A DNA stretch of 64,000 bases, from the NCBI GenBank assembly GCA_965249835.1, contig CBDFMY010000003.1, positions 929,979-993,978 on the forward strand, read 5' to 3'. How positions within the stretch are numbered: position 1 is the first letter of the stretch; each line of letters opens with the position of its first letter. The position numbers were made by a program, and so were the translations under genes. Under the pieces are notes generated by a model, which worked only from the letters and a program-made list of their open reading frames with translations, made no database searches and was not told where the DNA came from. Shown here one piece after another: positions 18,051 through 27,119 of the stretch. The stretch is from Candidatus Poriferihabitaceae bacterium. Lineage in GTDB: Bacteria > Pseudomonadota > Gammaproteobacteria > Arenicellales > Poriferihabitantaceae.

Positions 18051-18426
18051 GCTTGTCTTTTCGTCGCCATGCTTTGTTGTGCTTCGTCGCGTTGCCGCTC
18101 ACATACTTAATGTATGCTACGCGTCACCGCTCCTTGCACGCCTCGCCTGACAACGAAAATACTGCGCACACTGTCGCTTGTCTTTTCGTCGCCATGCTTT
18201 GTTGTGCTTCGTCGCGTTGCCGCTCACATACTTAATGTATGCTACGCGTCACCGCTCCTTGCACGCCTCGCCTGACAACGAAAATACTGCGCACACTGTC
18301 GCTTGTCTTTTCGTCGCCATGCTTTGTTGTGGTGCGCCGCGTTGCCGCTCACTCGGTACGCACTATGTATGCGCACTCACTCGCGCCTGACCCAGCACAA
18401 AATATGCGGTGCGTGGTTTTTCTAAG
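18051..18426. repeat. Repeat family B, three tandem copies (125-bp period)
   Basis: 18051-18175 and 18176-18300 are identical by eye. 18301-18426 is diverged and ends like the solo copy at 30061..30190. Track ORFs 18053..18235 and 18178..18390 share the same peptide for this reason. Confidence 0.85.
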
Positions 18427-18507
18427 CCCGACAATGACATGGAAAGAATATGCGAAAGACAAAAAATCATAAAGCATAACGAAAAATAGGCAAGCCGGTA
18501 AAAAGTA

Positions 18508-19356
18508 ATGGAAACACATATCATTTTCATCATATTGGCCGCCGCATTTTTTCATGCGGTGTGGAATGCGTCGGTGAAACTGGACGACGACAAACTCCTG
18601 TTCCTTACCGGTATGCAGATAGCCACGTTCCTCATGGTGTTGCCGCTGGTGCCGTTTGTGGGGTTGCCGCATCCGGATAGTTGGCCCTACCTGTTGGCAT
18701 CGGCGGTTTTTCATTTCGGGTATTACCTCAGTTTGGCGAGCGCCTATCACTATGGTGATTTTGCGCAAACCTATCCGGTGGCGCGAGGAACCGCGCCGAT
18801 TCTGGTTACCTTGTGGGGCGTGTTCGTGTTGCGCGAGACGCTAAGCGGAATGGAACTGGCATCGACACTCGGCGTCATCGCCGGCATCATGATTTTCGCC
18901 ACGCGCCGCCTCGGCGTGGTGTTGCATCAGCGCAAGGCGTTGTTGAGCGCATTCACCGCCGCGTTTTTCATCGCCGCTTATACGCTGGTGGACGGCGTCG
19001 GCGGGCGGCGCTCCATGAACATTCCGGCGTATATGGTGTGGTTGTCGATTCTCGACAGTTGTTTGTTGCCATGGTATGCGTTGCGCAAAAATTCGCTGTC
19101 CGATGTGCTTGCGTTGAAAATGAAATGGCGCATGATTCTGCTCGCTTCGGTGTTGGGATTGGCGGCCTATTGGGTGGCGGTGTGGGCGATGTCGCAAGCA
19201 CCCATTATGCTGGTGTCAGCGCTTCGTGAAACTTCCATTATCATCGCCGCGCTGATCGGTGCTTATTATTTCAAGGAGCCCGCCGGCAAGCGCAGGATCA
19301 TCGCCTCCATCGTAATATTCGCCAGCATCGTATTGCTCGGATGGCCCGATTTCTGA
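18508..19356 (+). CDS. EamA/DMT-family transporter
   Basis: 282 aa, 10 hydrophobic segments, two EamA-like halves. Confidence 0.8.
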   Translation: METHIIFIILAAAFFHAVWNASVKLDDDKLLFLTGMQIATFLMVLPLVPFVGLPHPDSWPYLLASAVFHFGYYLSLASAYHYGDFAQTYPVARGTAPILVTLWGVFVLRETLSGMELASTLGVIAGIMIFATRRLGVVLHQRKALLSAFTAAFFIAAYTLVDGVGGRRSMNIPAYMVWLSILDSCLLPWYALRKNSLSDVLALKMKWRMILLASVLGLAAYWVAVWAMSQAPIMLVSALRETSIIIAALIGAYYFKEPAGKRRIIASIVIFASIVLLGWPDF

Positions 19357-19399
19357 TACAACACGACTATCATTAATAACGAACCAAAGAGCAAACCAC

Positions 19400-21871
19400 A
19401 TGGCACAAGCCACACCTAATAAATTGCCGCAACGCGCCAGCGCGGTAATCATCGGCGGTGGCGTGATTGGTGCCAGCGTGGCCTATCATCTGGCAAAACT
19501 CGGCTGGAGCGATGTCGTGCTGCTGGAGCGAATGCAGTTTGCCTGCGGCACCACTTGGCATGCGGCCGGGCTGGTCGGCACCATGCGCGCCAACGAGAGC
19601 CATGCCAAGTTGGCGCAATATTCCATGTCGCTGCTACGCGAGATTGAAGCCGAAACCGGGCAGTCCACCGGCTTCAAGCAAGTCGGCTCGCTGTCCATCG
19701 CCCATAGCGCGCCGCGGTTTGAGGAACTGAAACGGGTAGCCGCGATGAACAACGCCTTTGGCGTCACCCAGGTCGATATGCTGAGCGCCGATGAAGTCAA
19801 GGACAAGTATCCTTTTCTTGAAACTGGCGATTTGCTCGGCGGCAGTTGGGTCGCACATGATGGTTATGCCAGCCCGGTGGATGTTACCGCGAGTTTCATC
19901 AAGGGCGCGCGTAGTCGCGGCGCGTTGTGTCTGGAGGGGGTGAAGGTCACGGGCATCGCGCAGGCCGATGGCAAGGTGGCTGGGGTGCATACCGCTCAAG
20001 GCGATATCGCCGCGGAGTATGTGGTCAACTGCGCCGGCATGTGGGCGCGCGAGGTGGGGCGGATGGCCGGGGTGAATGTGCCGCTGCATGCGTGCGAGCA
20101 TTATTACGCGGTCACCGAGAAGTTGGATAACCTGCCGCTGGATTTGCCGGTCATGCGCGACCACGATAAATGCGTTTATTTCAAGCAGGATGCGGGCAGT
20201 TTGCTGGTCGGGCAGTTTGAGCCGCGCGCCGTGCCGTGGGGACAGGACGGCATCCCGCACGATTTTTGTTTTGATGAAATTGACGGCCACTTTGATGAGC
20301 AGATGATGCCGTTGTTGGAAAAGGCGATGGATCGTGTTCCATTGTTGCGCGATGTCGGCTGGCGAAAATTTTTCTGCGGGCCGGAGAGTTTTACCCCGGA
20401 CGATCAGTTTCATATTGGCGAAGCGCCGGAGTTGAAAAACTTCTATGTCGCGGCCGGATTAAACTCCATCGGTATCCAGAGTTCCGGCGGCATCGGTAAG
20501 GCATTGTCGGAGTGGATGCATCATGGTTATGCGCCGCTGGATTTGTGGAGTGTTGATATTCGCCGCATGTATTCGTTCCAAGGCACGCAGCAGTATATCC
20601 AAAACCGCGTGACCGAGACGCTGGGGCTTTTATACGACCATCATTGGCCGTATCGGCAGATGGAGACCGCGCGCGATGTGCGCCATTCGCCGATTCACGA
20701 AAAGTTAGTCGAGCGCAATGCCTGCTTCGGCGAGGTGGCCGGGTGGGAGCGGCCGAATTGGTTTGCTCCGAAAGGCGTGCAGCCGAAATACGAATACAGT
20801 TTCGGCAAGCAAAACTGGTTTGAATATTCGGCTAATGAGCATAAAGCATTTCGCGAGCAGGTCGCGCTGTTCGACCAAAGCAGTTTTTCCAAATACTTGG
20901 TGCAGGGCAAGGATAGTTGCGCGGTGCTGCAAAAAATTTGCACTGCGAATGTTGATGTCGCAACCGGCAAAATAGTTTATACCCATTGGCTGAACGAGCG
21001 CGGCGGCATTGAAGCGGATTTGACGGTTACCCGCCTTGCGGAAAATAAATTTCTGGTGGTGAGCGGCGCGGCGGTAACCAATAAAGACCTGAATTGGCTA
21101 GCGCGAAACACGCCCGATGATGCGTTTTGCACGGTGACCGATGTGACCAATTCGTGGGCAGTACTCGGGGTTATGGGACCGGACAGCAGAGCATTGCTCA
21201 GCGATGTATTGAGGATGGATATGAGCACTTCAAATTTTCCATTCGGCATGTCAAAACCGATTGAACTCGGCTGCGCGGTCGGTCGCGCGGCGCGAATATC
21301 GTTTGTGGGTGAACTCGGCTGGGAGTTGTATATTCCGAGCGACATGGCGCGTCACGCGTTCGATGAGTTATGGCGCGTCGGTGAAAAACACAATTTGCAA
21401 ATGGCCGGCTTGCATGCGCTTGACAGTGGCCGCATCGAAAAGAAATTCGTGCACTTCGGGCACGATGTCGCCGATGAGGACACGCCGCTTGAATGTGGTT
21501 GCGCGTTCGTGTGCGACTATGAAAAACCGATTCCGTTCATGGGCCGCGATGCGATTCTCAAACAAAAAGAAAGCGGCGCTTGGAAACGCAAACGTCTGGT
21601 GCAATTTTTATTGCGCGATGCCGATGCGATGTTGTATCACCACGAACCGATTTTGCGCGATGGTGTTATCGTCGGACATCTCACTTCCGGCAACTATGGT
21701 CACACTCTGGGCGGCTCGGTTGGCCTCGGTTATGTGCATCACGACGATGGCGTCGACCAGAACTTTTTGGATAGCGCAATCATCGAAATTGATGTCGGCG
21801 GGATGCGCATCCCCGCCACCGCGAGTTTGACCGCGATGTACGATCCGAAAGCGGAGCGGATGCGGGGGTAA
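19400..21871 (+). CDS. FAD-dependent oxidoreductase fused to GcvT-like folate-binding domain (dimethylglycine/sarcosine dehydrogenase family)
   Basis: 823 aa. N-terminal dinucleotide fold VIIGGGVIGASVAYHLAKLGW, C-terminal aminomethyltransferase-like region. Paralogue of 53250..55679. Confidence 0.8.
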   Translation: MAQATPNKLPQRASAVIIGGGVIGASVAYHLAKLGWSDVVLLERMQFACGTTWHAAGLVGTMRANESHAKLAQYSMSLLREIEAETGQSTGFKQVGSLSIAHSAPRFEELKRVAAMNNAFGVTQVDMLSADEVKDKYPFLETGDLLGGSWVAHDGYASPVDVTASFIKGARSRGALCLEGVKVTGIAQADGKVAGVHTAQGDIAAEYVVNCAGMWAREVGRMAGVNVPLHACEHYYAVTEKLDNLPLDLPVMRDHDKCVYFKQDAGSLLVGQFEPRAVPWGQDGIPHDFCFDEIDGHFDEQMMPLLEKAMDRVPLLRDVGWRKFFCGPESFTPDDQFHIGEAPELKNFYVAAGLNSIGIQSSGGIGKALSEWMHHGYAPLDLWSVDIRRMYSFQGTQQYIQNRVTETLGLLYDHHWPYRQMETARDVRHSPIHEKLVERNACFGEVAGWERPNWFAPKGVQPKYEYSFGKQNWFEYSANEHKAFREQVALFDQSSFSKYLVQGKDSCAVLQKICTANVDVATGKIVYTHWLNERGGIEADLTVTRLAENKFLVVSGAAVTNKDLNWLARNTPDDAFCTVTDVTNSWAVLGVMGPDSRALLSDVLRMDMSTSNFPFGMSKPIELGCAVGRAARISFVGELGWELYIPSDMARHAFDELWRVGEKHNLQMAGLHALDSGRIEKKFVHFGHDVADEDTPLECGCAFVCDYEKPIPFMGRDAILKQKESGAWKRKRLVQFLLRDADAMLYHHEPILRDGVIVGHLTSGNYGHTLGGSVGLGYVHHDDGVDQNFLDSAIIEIDVGGMRIPATASLTAMYDPKAERMRG

Positions 21872-21908
21872 TCAGAGCCGCATGACTTCGGCTATATGTA
21901 TAACAATG

Positions 21909-22118
21909 GGCTAAAACTATCATTAAACCGACTGATATATGCTTATATGTACAACATTTATACATATTTTCACGGATATGGATAAAAAACAGCCAAAACT
22001 ATGTATAATAATCGGCTAAAACTATCCTTCAATCGACTAATGCCTGCCTATATGCAAAAGATTTATACATATTTTCACTGACATGTATAAAAAAAACCAA
22101 AAGCTATACATATAAAGG
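21909..22118. repeat. AT-rich imperfect tandem repeat, 2 x 105 bp, directly upstream of fic
   Basis: Copies at 21909-22013 and 22014-22118 both start GGCTAAAACTATC and share TTTATACATATTTTCAC. Roughly three quarters of positions are identical by eye. Confidence 0.7.
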
Positions 22119-22126
22119 AACAACTA

Positions 22127-23242
22127 ATGCCACAGGATATGACATCCTCGTTACCACCGCTCTACGACTCGCAACAGCCGTGGAACGGCCTGCCGGAACT
22201 GCCACCCAACACAGAGATTGAGTCAAAGGAAATACTCAAAGCGTGTATTGCGGCGAGGACTGAATTGGCTCGAGTCAATGCGTTGGTGGAAACACTGCCG
22301 AATAAGGACATCCTGATACAGGCTATACCGTTGCAAGAGGCGCGCAGCAGCTCCGAGATCGAGAATATCGTAACCACCAGCGATGCACTATACCGCGCCT
22401 TGGCATCCAACGGTTCGGAGGCTGATGCCAATGCCAAAGAGGTGTTGCGCTATCGTGAAGCACTCTGGCAAGGCATGGACAAGATGGGTGAAGCGCAGAG
22501 CTTGACCATCCCTTTGTTCGAGAGCATTTGCTCGCGTATCCGTAGCGTCGAGGTTCGGGTACGCAACAGGCAAGTCATGATCGGCAATCCGGTCACGGGC
22601 AACATCACCTACACCCCGCCCAACGGAGCACAACACCTGACTCATCTTCTCACCAACCTGGAGCACTTCCTGATGGATAATCAAGACGGCGTCGACCCGC
22701 TGGTCAAAATGGCTGTTATGCACTACCAGTTTGAGGCGATCCACCCTTTCTTGGACGGCAATGGCAGAACCGGGCGCATACTGAACATTCTCTATCTGCT
22801 GCATCGTCGCTTGCTGAGCACTCCGGTGCTTTATCTCAGCCGTTTCTTCATTGCACATCAAGACAACTACTACCGTTTCCTGTTGGAAGTGACCGAGCGA
22901 AACGATTGGCAGCAATGGATTCTTTATGTATTGAAAGCGGTGGAAAGTGCCTCGCAGAACACTGCTACGACGATTGAAGCGATGCGCGCCCTGAGGGATG
23001 ATATTTTCCATACCGCAAAGGCGGGTAAGACCAAGGCAGCGGAACGGCAAGGGTTCATCGAGCTCTTGTTCGAATGGCCGTATTGCAAAATCAATATTGT
23101 CGAGCGGAAACTGGAATGTTCCAGGATAACGGCAACCCGATATCTAAACGAGATGGCCAAGCTCGGATTGCTGGAGCGTATCAAACGTGGCCGTGAGTAT
23201 TACTATGTCAACACCCGCTTGATAGATTTACTGGCGGAGTAA
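22127..23242 (+). CDS. Fic family protein (class II, with N-terminal inhibitory motif and C-terminal wHTH)
   Basis: Fic motif HPFLDGNGRTGR (22742-22777). Inhibitory (S/T)xxxE(G/N) motif SSEIEN (22349-22366). Confidence 0.9.
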   Translation: MPQDMTSSLPPLYDSQQPWNGLPELPPNTEIESKEILKACIAARTELARVNALVETLPNKDILIQAIPLQEARSSSEIENIVTTSDALYRALASNGSEADANAKEVLRYREALWQGMDKMGEAQSLTIPLFESICSRIRSVEVRVRNRQVMIGNPVTGNITYTPPNGAQHLTHLLTNLEHFLMDNQDGVDPLVKMAVMHYQFEAIHPFLDGNGRTGRILNILYLLHRRLLSTPVLYLSRFFIAHQDNYYRFLLEVTERNDWQQWILYVLKAVESASQNTATTIEAMRALRDDIFHTAKAGKTKAAERQGFIELLFEWPYCKINIVERKLECSRITATRYLNEMAKLGLLERIKRGREYYYVNTRLIDLLAE

Positions 23243-23343
23243 GGTGTTGTGTTAGCAACAAATAGAAATGTCCGGTTTTAGAACACATGAGTTGTCCGCT
23301 TTTGGCGATGTCGGGAAGCCTGGCTGAGGCACCCGTTATCGAT

Positions 23344-23390
23344 GGCGAAGCGGACATCAGGTAGCTACGACTTCGCCGCCGGTTTTTTTT
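23344..23390 (+). terminator. possible fic terminator
   Basis: GGCGAAG...CTTCGCC stem with a long loop, followed by GCCGG and T8 (23383-23390). The structure is weak. Confidence 0.35.
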
Positions 23391-23410
23391 CGCGGCTACG
23401 CCGCGGTTGT

Positions 23411-23520
23411 GTCACGCTTCGCGTGACGACATATTTTAACTGGATTCCCGCTTTCGCTCCATTTATTCGTCACATCCGCCTACGGCGGAAATGACGAAAC
23501 AGGAGCGGCGAGAATGACGG
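23411..23520. repeat. Repeat family A core in inverted orientation, split by a nested hairpin
   Basis: CTGGATTCCCGC (23440-23451) and GGCGAGAATGACGG (23507-23520) are the reverse complement of the family A hairpin core. They are separated by TTCGTCACATCCGCC-TAC-GGCGGAAATGACGAA. The flanking small hairpins GTCACGC-TTC-GCGTGAC (23411-23427) and ATCACGC-GAA-GCGTGAT (about 23587-23603) are mutually inverted. Confidence 0.5.
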
Positions 23521-23605
23521 GTTGGGGAGACAATGGTAAATCGAAAGGCAATGAGTCTCTTTTGAGAAGACTAAAGGTAAATAATTATCACGCGAAGCGT
23601 GATTC

Positions 23606-23796
23606 CTTTTTCTCGGTTACTTTTGGCGTCTCAAAGAGAGTCACACTTTGCGATTCACCATTACCTATCATTCGTCATTCTCGCCGGCAGGCGGGAATCC
23701 AGACGCGGCGTAGCCGCGAGCGGCGGCTTCGCCGCCGCTGATGATAGCGGCTAACGCCGTTGAGTTTATAACCGGAATGCCAAATGTTATGAGCCT
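23606..23796. repeat. Repeat family A, copy 2 (with ~36-bp internal insertion)
   Basis: See 938..1092; same order and orientation. Confidence 0.75.
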
Positions 23797-23895
23797 GTGC
23801 ATGTTGTTGTCGGCAGGCGCAAGGCGCGATAGAATGCGCGACAACGAAACCAGCAAGGTTCCACGCAACCCCATCCACACGAGGCAGTTTGACTC

Positions 23896-24492
23896 ATGAC
23901 CATTGAAGCAATCAAATATCCCACGCTGGCGGCTGAACTCTGGCAAAGCCGGCGTCCCCTGCCCATTGTTCGCGGCGTAATCTTGGCTATAGCCGGTTCG
24001 CTGTTGCTGGCTTTGTCGGCCCGGGCGGAAATTCCCCTCGCGCCGGTTCCGATTACCATGCAGACGTTTGTGGTGCTGGTGCTCGGCGTTGCCTACGGTT
24101 GGCGGCTGGGTATGCTGACCTTGTTGCTCTACCTGCTTGAAGGCGCCGCCGGTTTACCGGTGTTTGCCGGCGGAAACGCTGGTATCGGTGTCCTCGTCGG
24201 ACCAACCGGCGGGTATTTGCTGGGATTCGTGGTCGCGGCGGCGGTGTGCGGCTACCTCGCTGAAAAAGGCTGGGACCGGCGGCCAACCACCACTTTTGCC
24301 GCCATGATTATTGGCAATTTAATTATCTACGCGCTCGGACTGCTTCAACTGGGCATCGTGATCGGGTGGGACAAGCCGATTCTGCAAGTGGGGATGTATC
24401 CGTTCCTGTTTGGCGATTTGCTGAAAATCGTGTTGGCGATGGTGGTGTTGCCGGGCACGTGGCAAGCCATTAAAAAGACCACCAAAAAATAA
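23896..24492 (+). CDS. bioY: biotin transporter BioY
   Basis: 198 aa, 5-6 TM, with ...PVPITMQTFVVLVLGVAYGWRLG...GPTGGYLLGF typical of BioY. Confidence 0.85.
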   Translation: MTIEAIKYPTLAAELWQSRRPLPIVRGVILAIAGSLLLALSARAEIPLAPVPITMQTFVVLVLGVAYGWRLGMLTLLLYLLEGAAGLPVFAGGNAGIGVLVGPTGGYLLGFVVAAAVCGYLAEKGWDRRPTTTFAAMIIGNLIIYALGLLQLGIVIGWDKPILQVGMYPFLFGDLLKIVLAMVVLPGTWQAIKKTTKK

Positions 24493-24497
24493 GCACC

Positions 24498-27095
24498 GTG
24501 CTGGAGCACTACGAAAAACAAGTCGCCGAACGCGCCGCGCTCGGCATCGTTCCGCGCCCGCTGGACGCCGAGCAGACCGCGCAACTGGTGGCGTTATTGA
24601 AAGCCCCGCCGGCGGCAACCGAAACCCAACTTCTCGAACTCATCCGCAACCGCGTGCCGGCCGGCGTTGATTCGGCGGCATATATCAAAGCCGCGTTTCT
24701 CGCCGCCATCGTTCGCAAGGAAACTACCTCGCCAATCATCAGCCGCGAAGTGGCGGTGGAATGGCTCGGCATGATGCACGGCGGTTACAACATCGCACCG
24801 TTGATCGAATGTCTCGATGATGAATCATTGGCGACGCATGCGGTGAGCGCGTTGTCGCGCACGTTGTTGATGTTTGATGCGTTTTACGATGTCGCAGAGC
24901 GCGCCGAAGGCGGTAATGCCCATGCCAAAAAAGTTGTGCAATCGTGGGCGGATGCCGAGTGGTTCACCAAAAAACCGGAAGTGCCGAAAAAGATTTCGGT
25001 AATCGTGTTCAAGGTGCCCGGCGAGACCAACACCGATGACTTGTCGCCGGCACCGGATGCGTGGTCGCGCCCGGACATTCCGCTGCATGCGCTGACGATG
25101 CTGAAAAATCCGCGCGCCGGATTGTCCGATAACCCGCTTGAGACGCTGGCGAATATAAAGGAAAAAGCCAGGAAAGAAGATTTTGCGGTGGTATATGTCG
25201 GCGATGTGGTCGGCACCGGTTCATCGCGGAAATCGGCGGTCAATTCGGTGTTGTGGCATATCGGCGAAGACATCGCCGGCATCCCCAACAAACGCGGCGG
25301 CGGCTATTGTTTCGGCGGACAAATCGCGCCGATATTTTTCAACACGCTGGAAGATTCCGGCGCGTTGCCGATCGAAATGGATGTGCGCGAAATGTCCATG
25401 GGCGATGTCATCGACGTCTATCCAAGTGACGGAAAAGTTTGTCGCCACGACAGCGATGAAGTGTTGTGCGAGTTTGAATTAAAAACCGAAGTGTTGCTCG
25501 ACGAAGTGCGCGCCGGCGGACGCATCAATTTAATTATCGGTCGCGGTCTCACCGCACGCGCACGCGAAGCATTAAACCTCGGCGCCGATGACATTTTCCG
25601 CAAACCCGTACCGCCAGTGGAAAGCGACAAAGGTTATACGCTGGCGCAAAAAATGGTGGGTGGCGCATGCGGCGTGGATGGCGTTCGCGCCGGGCAGTAT
25701 TGCGAACCGAAAATGACCACCGTGGGCTCGCAGGACACCACCGGGCCCATGACTCGGGACGAACTCAAAGACCTCGCTTGCCTCGGGTTTCAGGCGGATT
25801 TGGTGATGCAATCGTTCTGCCATACCTCGGCCTATCCGAAGCCGGTGGACATCGAAACCCAGCACAGCCTGCCGGATTTCATGAGGGATCGCTCCGGCAT
25901 TTCTCTGCGTCCCGGCGACGGCATCATTCACTCGTGGATGAATCGCATGTTGCTGCCCGACACGGTCGGCACCGGCGGCGATTCGCACACGCGCTTTCCC
26001 CTCGGCATTTCCTTCCCGGCGGGTTCCGGGCTGGTGGCGTTTGCCGCCGCCACCGGCGTGATGCCGCTGGACATGCCGCAATCGGTGCTGGTGCGATTCA
26101 GCGGCGATATACAGCCCGGCATCACGCTGCGCGACTTGGTGCACGCGTTGCCCTACACTGCCATCCAAAAAGGATTGCTCACGGTGGAGAAAGCCGGCAA
26201 GAAAAATGTATTCTCCGGCCGCGTGCTGGAAATCGAAGGGCTGCCCGATCTCAAAGTCGAGCAAGCGTTTGAGTTTGCCGATGCGTCGGCGGAACGCTCC
26301 GCTTCCGGCTGCACCATTAAGTTAAACAAGCAACCCATCATCGAATACATCACCTCCAACATCGTCATGCTCAAGTGGATGATGAGCGAAGGCTACGGCG
26401 ATGCACGCACCATCGCGCGGCGCGTGGAAGCGATGCAGGCGTGGCTGGACGCCCCGCAACTCATGCAAGCCGATGCCGACGCCGAATACCACGAGATCAT
26501 CGACATCGATCTCAACACCATCACCGAGCCGATTCTGTGCGCGCCCAACGACCCCGACGACGCGCGGTTGCTGTCGGAAGTGGCCGGCGACAAAGTTGAC
26601 GAAGTGTTCATCGGCTCGTGCATGACCAACATCGGGCATTTCCGCGCCACCAGCCGGCTGCTCGATAAAATGGGCAAGGTGATTCCCACGCGCATGTGGA
26701 TCGTGCCGCCCACCAAAATGGACCAAGCGCAACTGGTGGAAGAAGGGCATTACGCGATTTTCGCCAAAGCCGGCGCGCGCACCGAACCGCCGGGCTGCTC
26801 GTTGTGCATGGGCAACCAAGCACGGGTGGCTGACAACGCCACGGTGGTGTCCACCTCCACCCGAAACTTCCCCAACCGCCTCGGCAAAGGCGCAAACGTC
26901 TACCTCGCGTCCTCGGAACTCTCCGCAGTGGCCGGCGTGTTGGGCCGCTTGCCGACGGTCGCCGAATACATGGCCGAAGCCGGCGAACTCAACACCCTGG
27001 CCGCCGACATTTACCGCTACCTCAACTTCAACGAAATAGAATCCTATAACACCGCTGCCAATTCGGTAATTCCGGAGCAGTTGTTCGGGGCTTGA
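24498..27095 (+). CDS. acnB: aconitate hydratase B (bifunctional aconitase 2 / 2-methylisocitrate dehydratase)
   Basis: 865 aa. N-terminus MLEHYEKQVAERAALGIVPRPLDAEQTAQLVALLK and Fe-S ligand regions (GSCMTN, CSLCMGNQ). Confidence 0.95.
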   Translation: MLEHYEKQVAERAALGIVPRPLDAEQTAQLVALLKAPPAATETQLLELIRNRVPAGVDSAAYIKAAFLAAIVRKETTSPIISREVAVEWLGMMHGGYNIAPLIECLDDESLATHAVSALSRTLLMFDAFYDVAERAEGGNAHAKKVVQSWADAEWFTKKPEVPKKISVIVFKVPGETNTDDLSPAPDAWSRPDIPLHALTMLKNPRAGLSDNPLETLANIKEKARKEDFAVVYVGDVVGTGSSRKSAVNSVLWHIGEDIAGIPNKRGGGYCFGGQIAPIFFNTLEDSGALPIEMDVREMSMGDVIDVYPSDGKVCRHDSDEVLCEFELKTEVLLDEVRAGGRINLIIGRGLTARAREALNLGADDIFRKPVPPVESDKGYTLAQKMVGGACGVDGVRAGQYCEPKMTTVGSQDTTGPMTRDELKDLACLGFQADLVMQSFCHTSAYPKPVDIETQHSLPDFMRDRSGISLRPGDGIIHSWMNRMLLPDTVGTGGDSHTRFPLGISFPAGSGLVAFAAATGVMPLDMPQSVLVRFSGDIQPGITLRDLVHALPYTAIQKGLLTVEKAGKKNVFSGRVLEIEGLPDLKVEQAFEFADASAERSASGCTIKLNKQPIIEYITSNIVMLKWMMSEGYGDARTIARRVEAMQAWLDAPQLMQADADAEYHEIIDIDLNTITEPILCAPNDPDDARLLSEVAGDKVDEVFIGSCMTNIGHFRATSRLLDKMGKVIPTRMWIVPPTKMDQAQLVEEGHYAIFAKAGARTEPPGCSLCMGNQARVADNATVVSTSTRNFPNRLGKGANVYLASSELSAVAGVLGRLPTVAEYMAEAGELNTLAADIYRYLNFNEIESYNTAANSVIPEQLFGA

Positions 27096-27119
27096 CGCAA
27101 ATATCAATTTGATTTGCAC

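Noticed and set aside
18053-18390. Duplicated 60-70 aa ORFs with identical peptides (also 30063..30299, 843..1037, 23514..23741)
   Set aside because: The peptide identity simply mirrors intergenic DNA repeat families A and B. There are no ribosome-binding sites, and the frames differ between copies.
18051-18426. Possible CRISPR array (also considered for 21909..22118)
   Set aside because: The units are directly abutting 125-bp or 105-bp repeats with no unique spacers. Unit length is far above CRISPR repeat size, and no cas genes are in the window.
19634-20413. 259-aa minus-strand ORF antisense to the dimethylglycine-dehydrogenase-like gene
   Set aside because: It lies fully inside a well-supported plus-strand gene. 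Its Arg/His/Gly-rich composition has no recognisable motif, which is typical of an antisense open frame in GC-rich coding DNA.
25572-27119. Two long minus-strand ORFs (25572..26264, 26322..27119) antisense to acnB
   Set aside because: acnB is unambiguous on the plus strand. The antisense translations are low-complexity (R/H/G/A-rich) with no domain signature.
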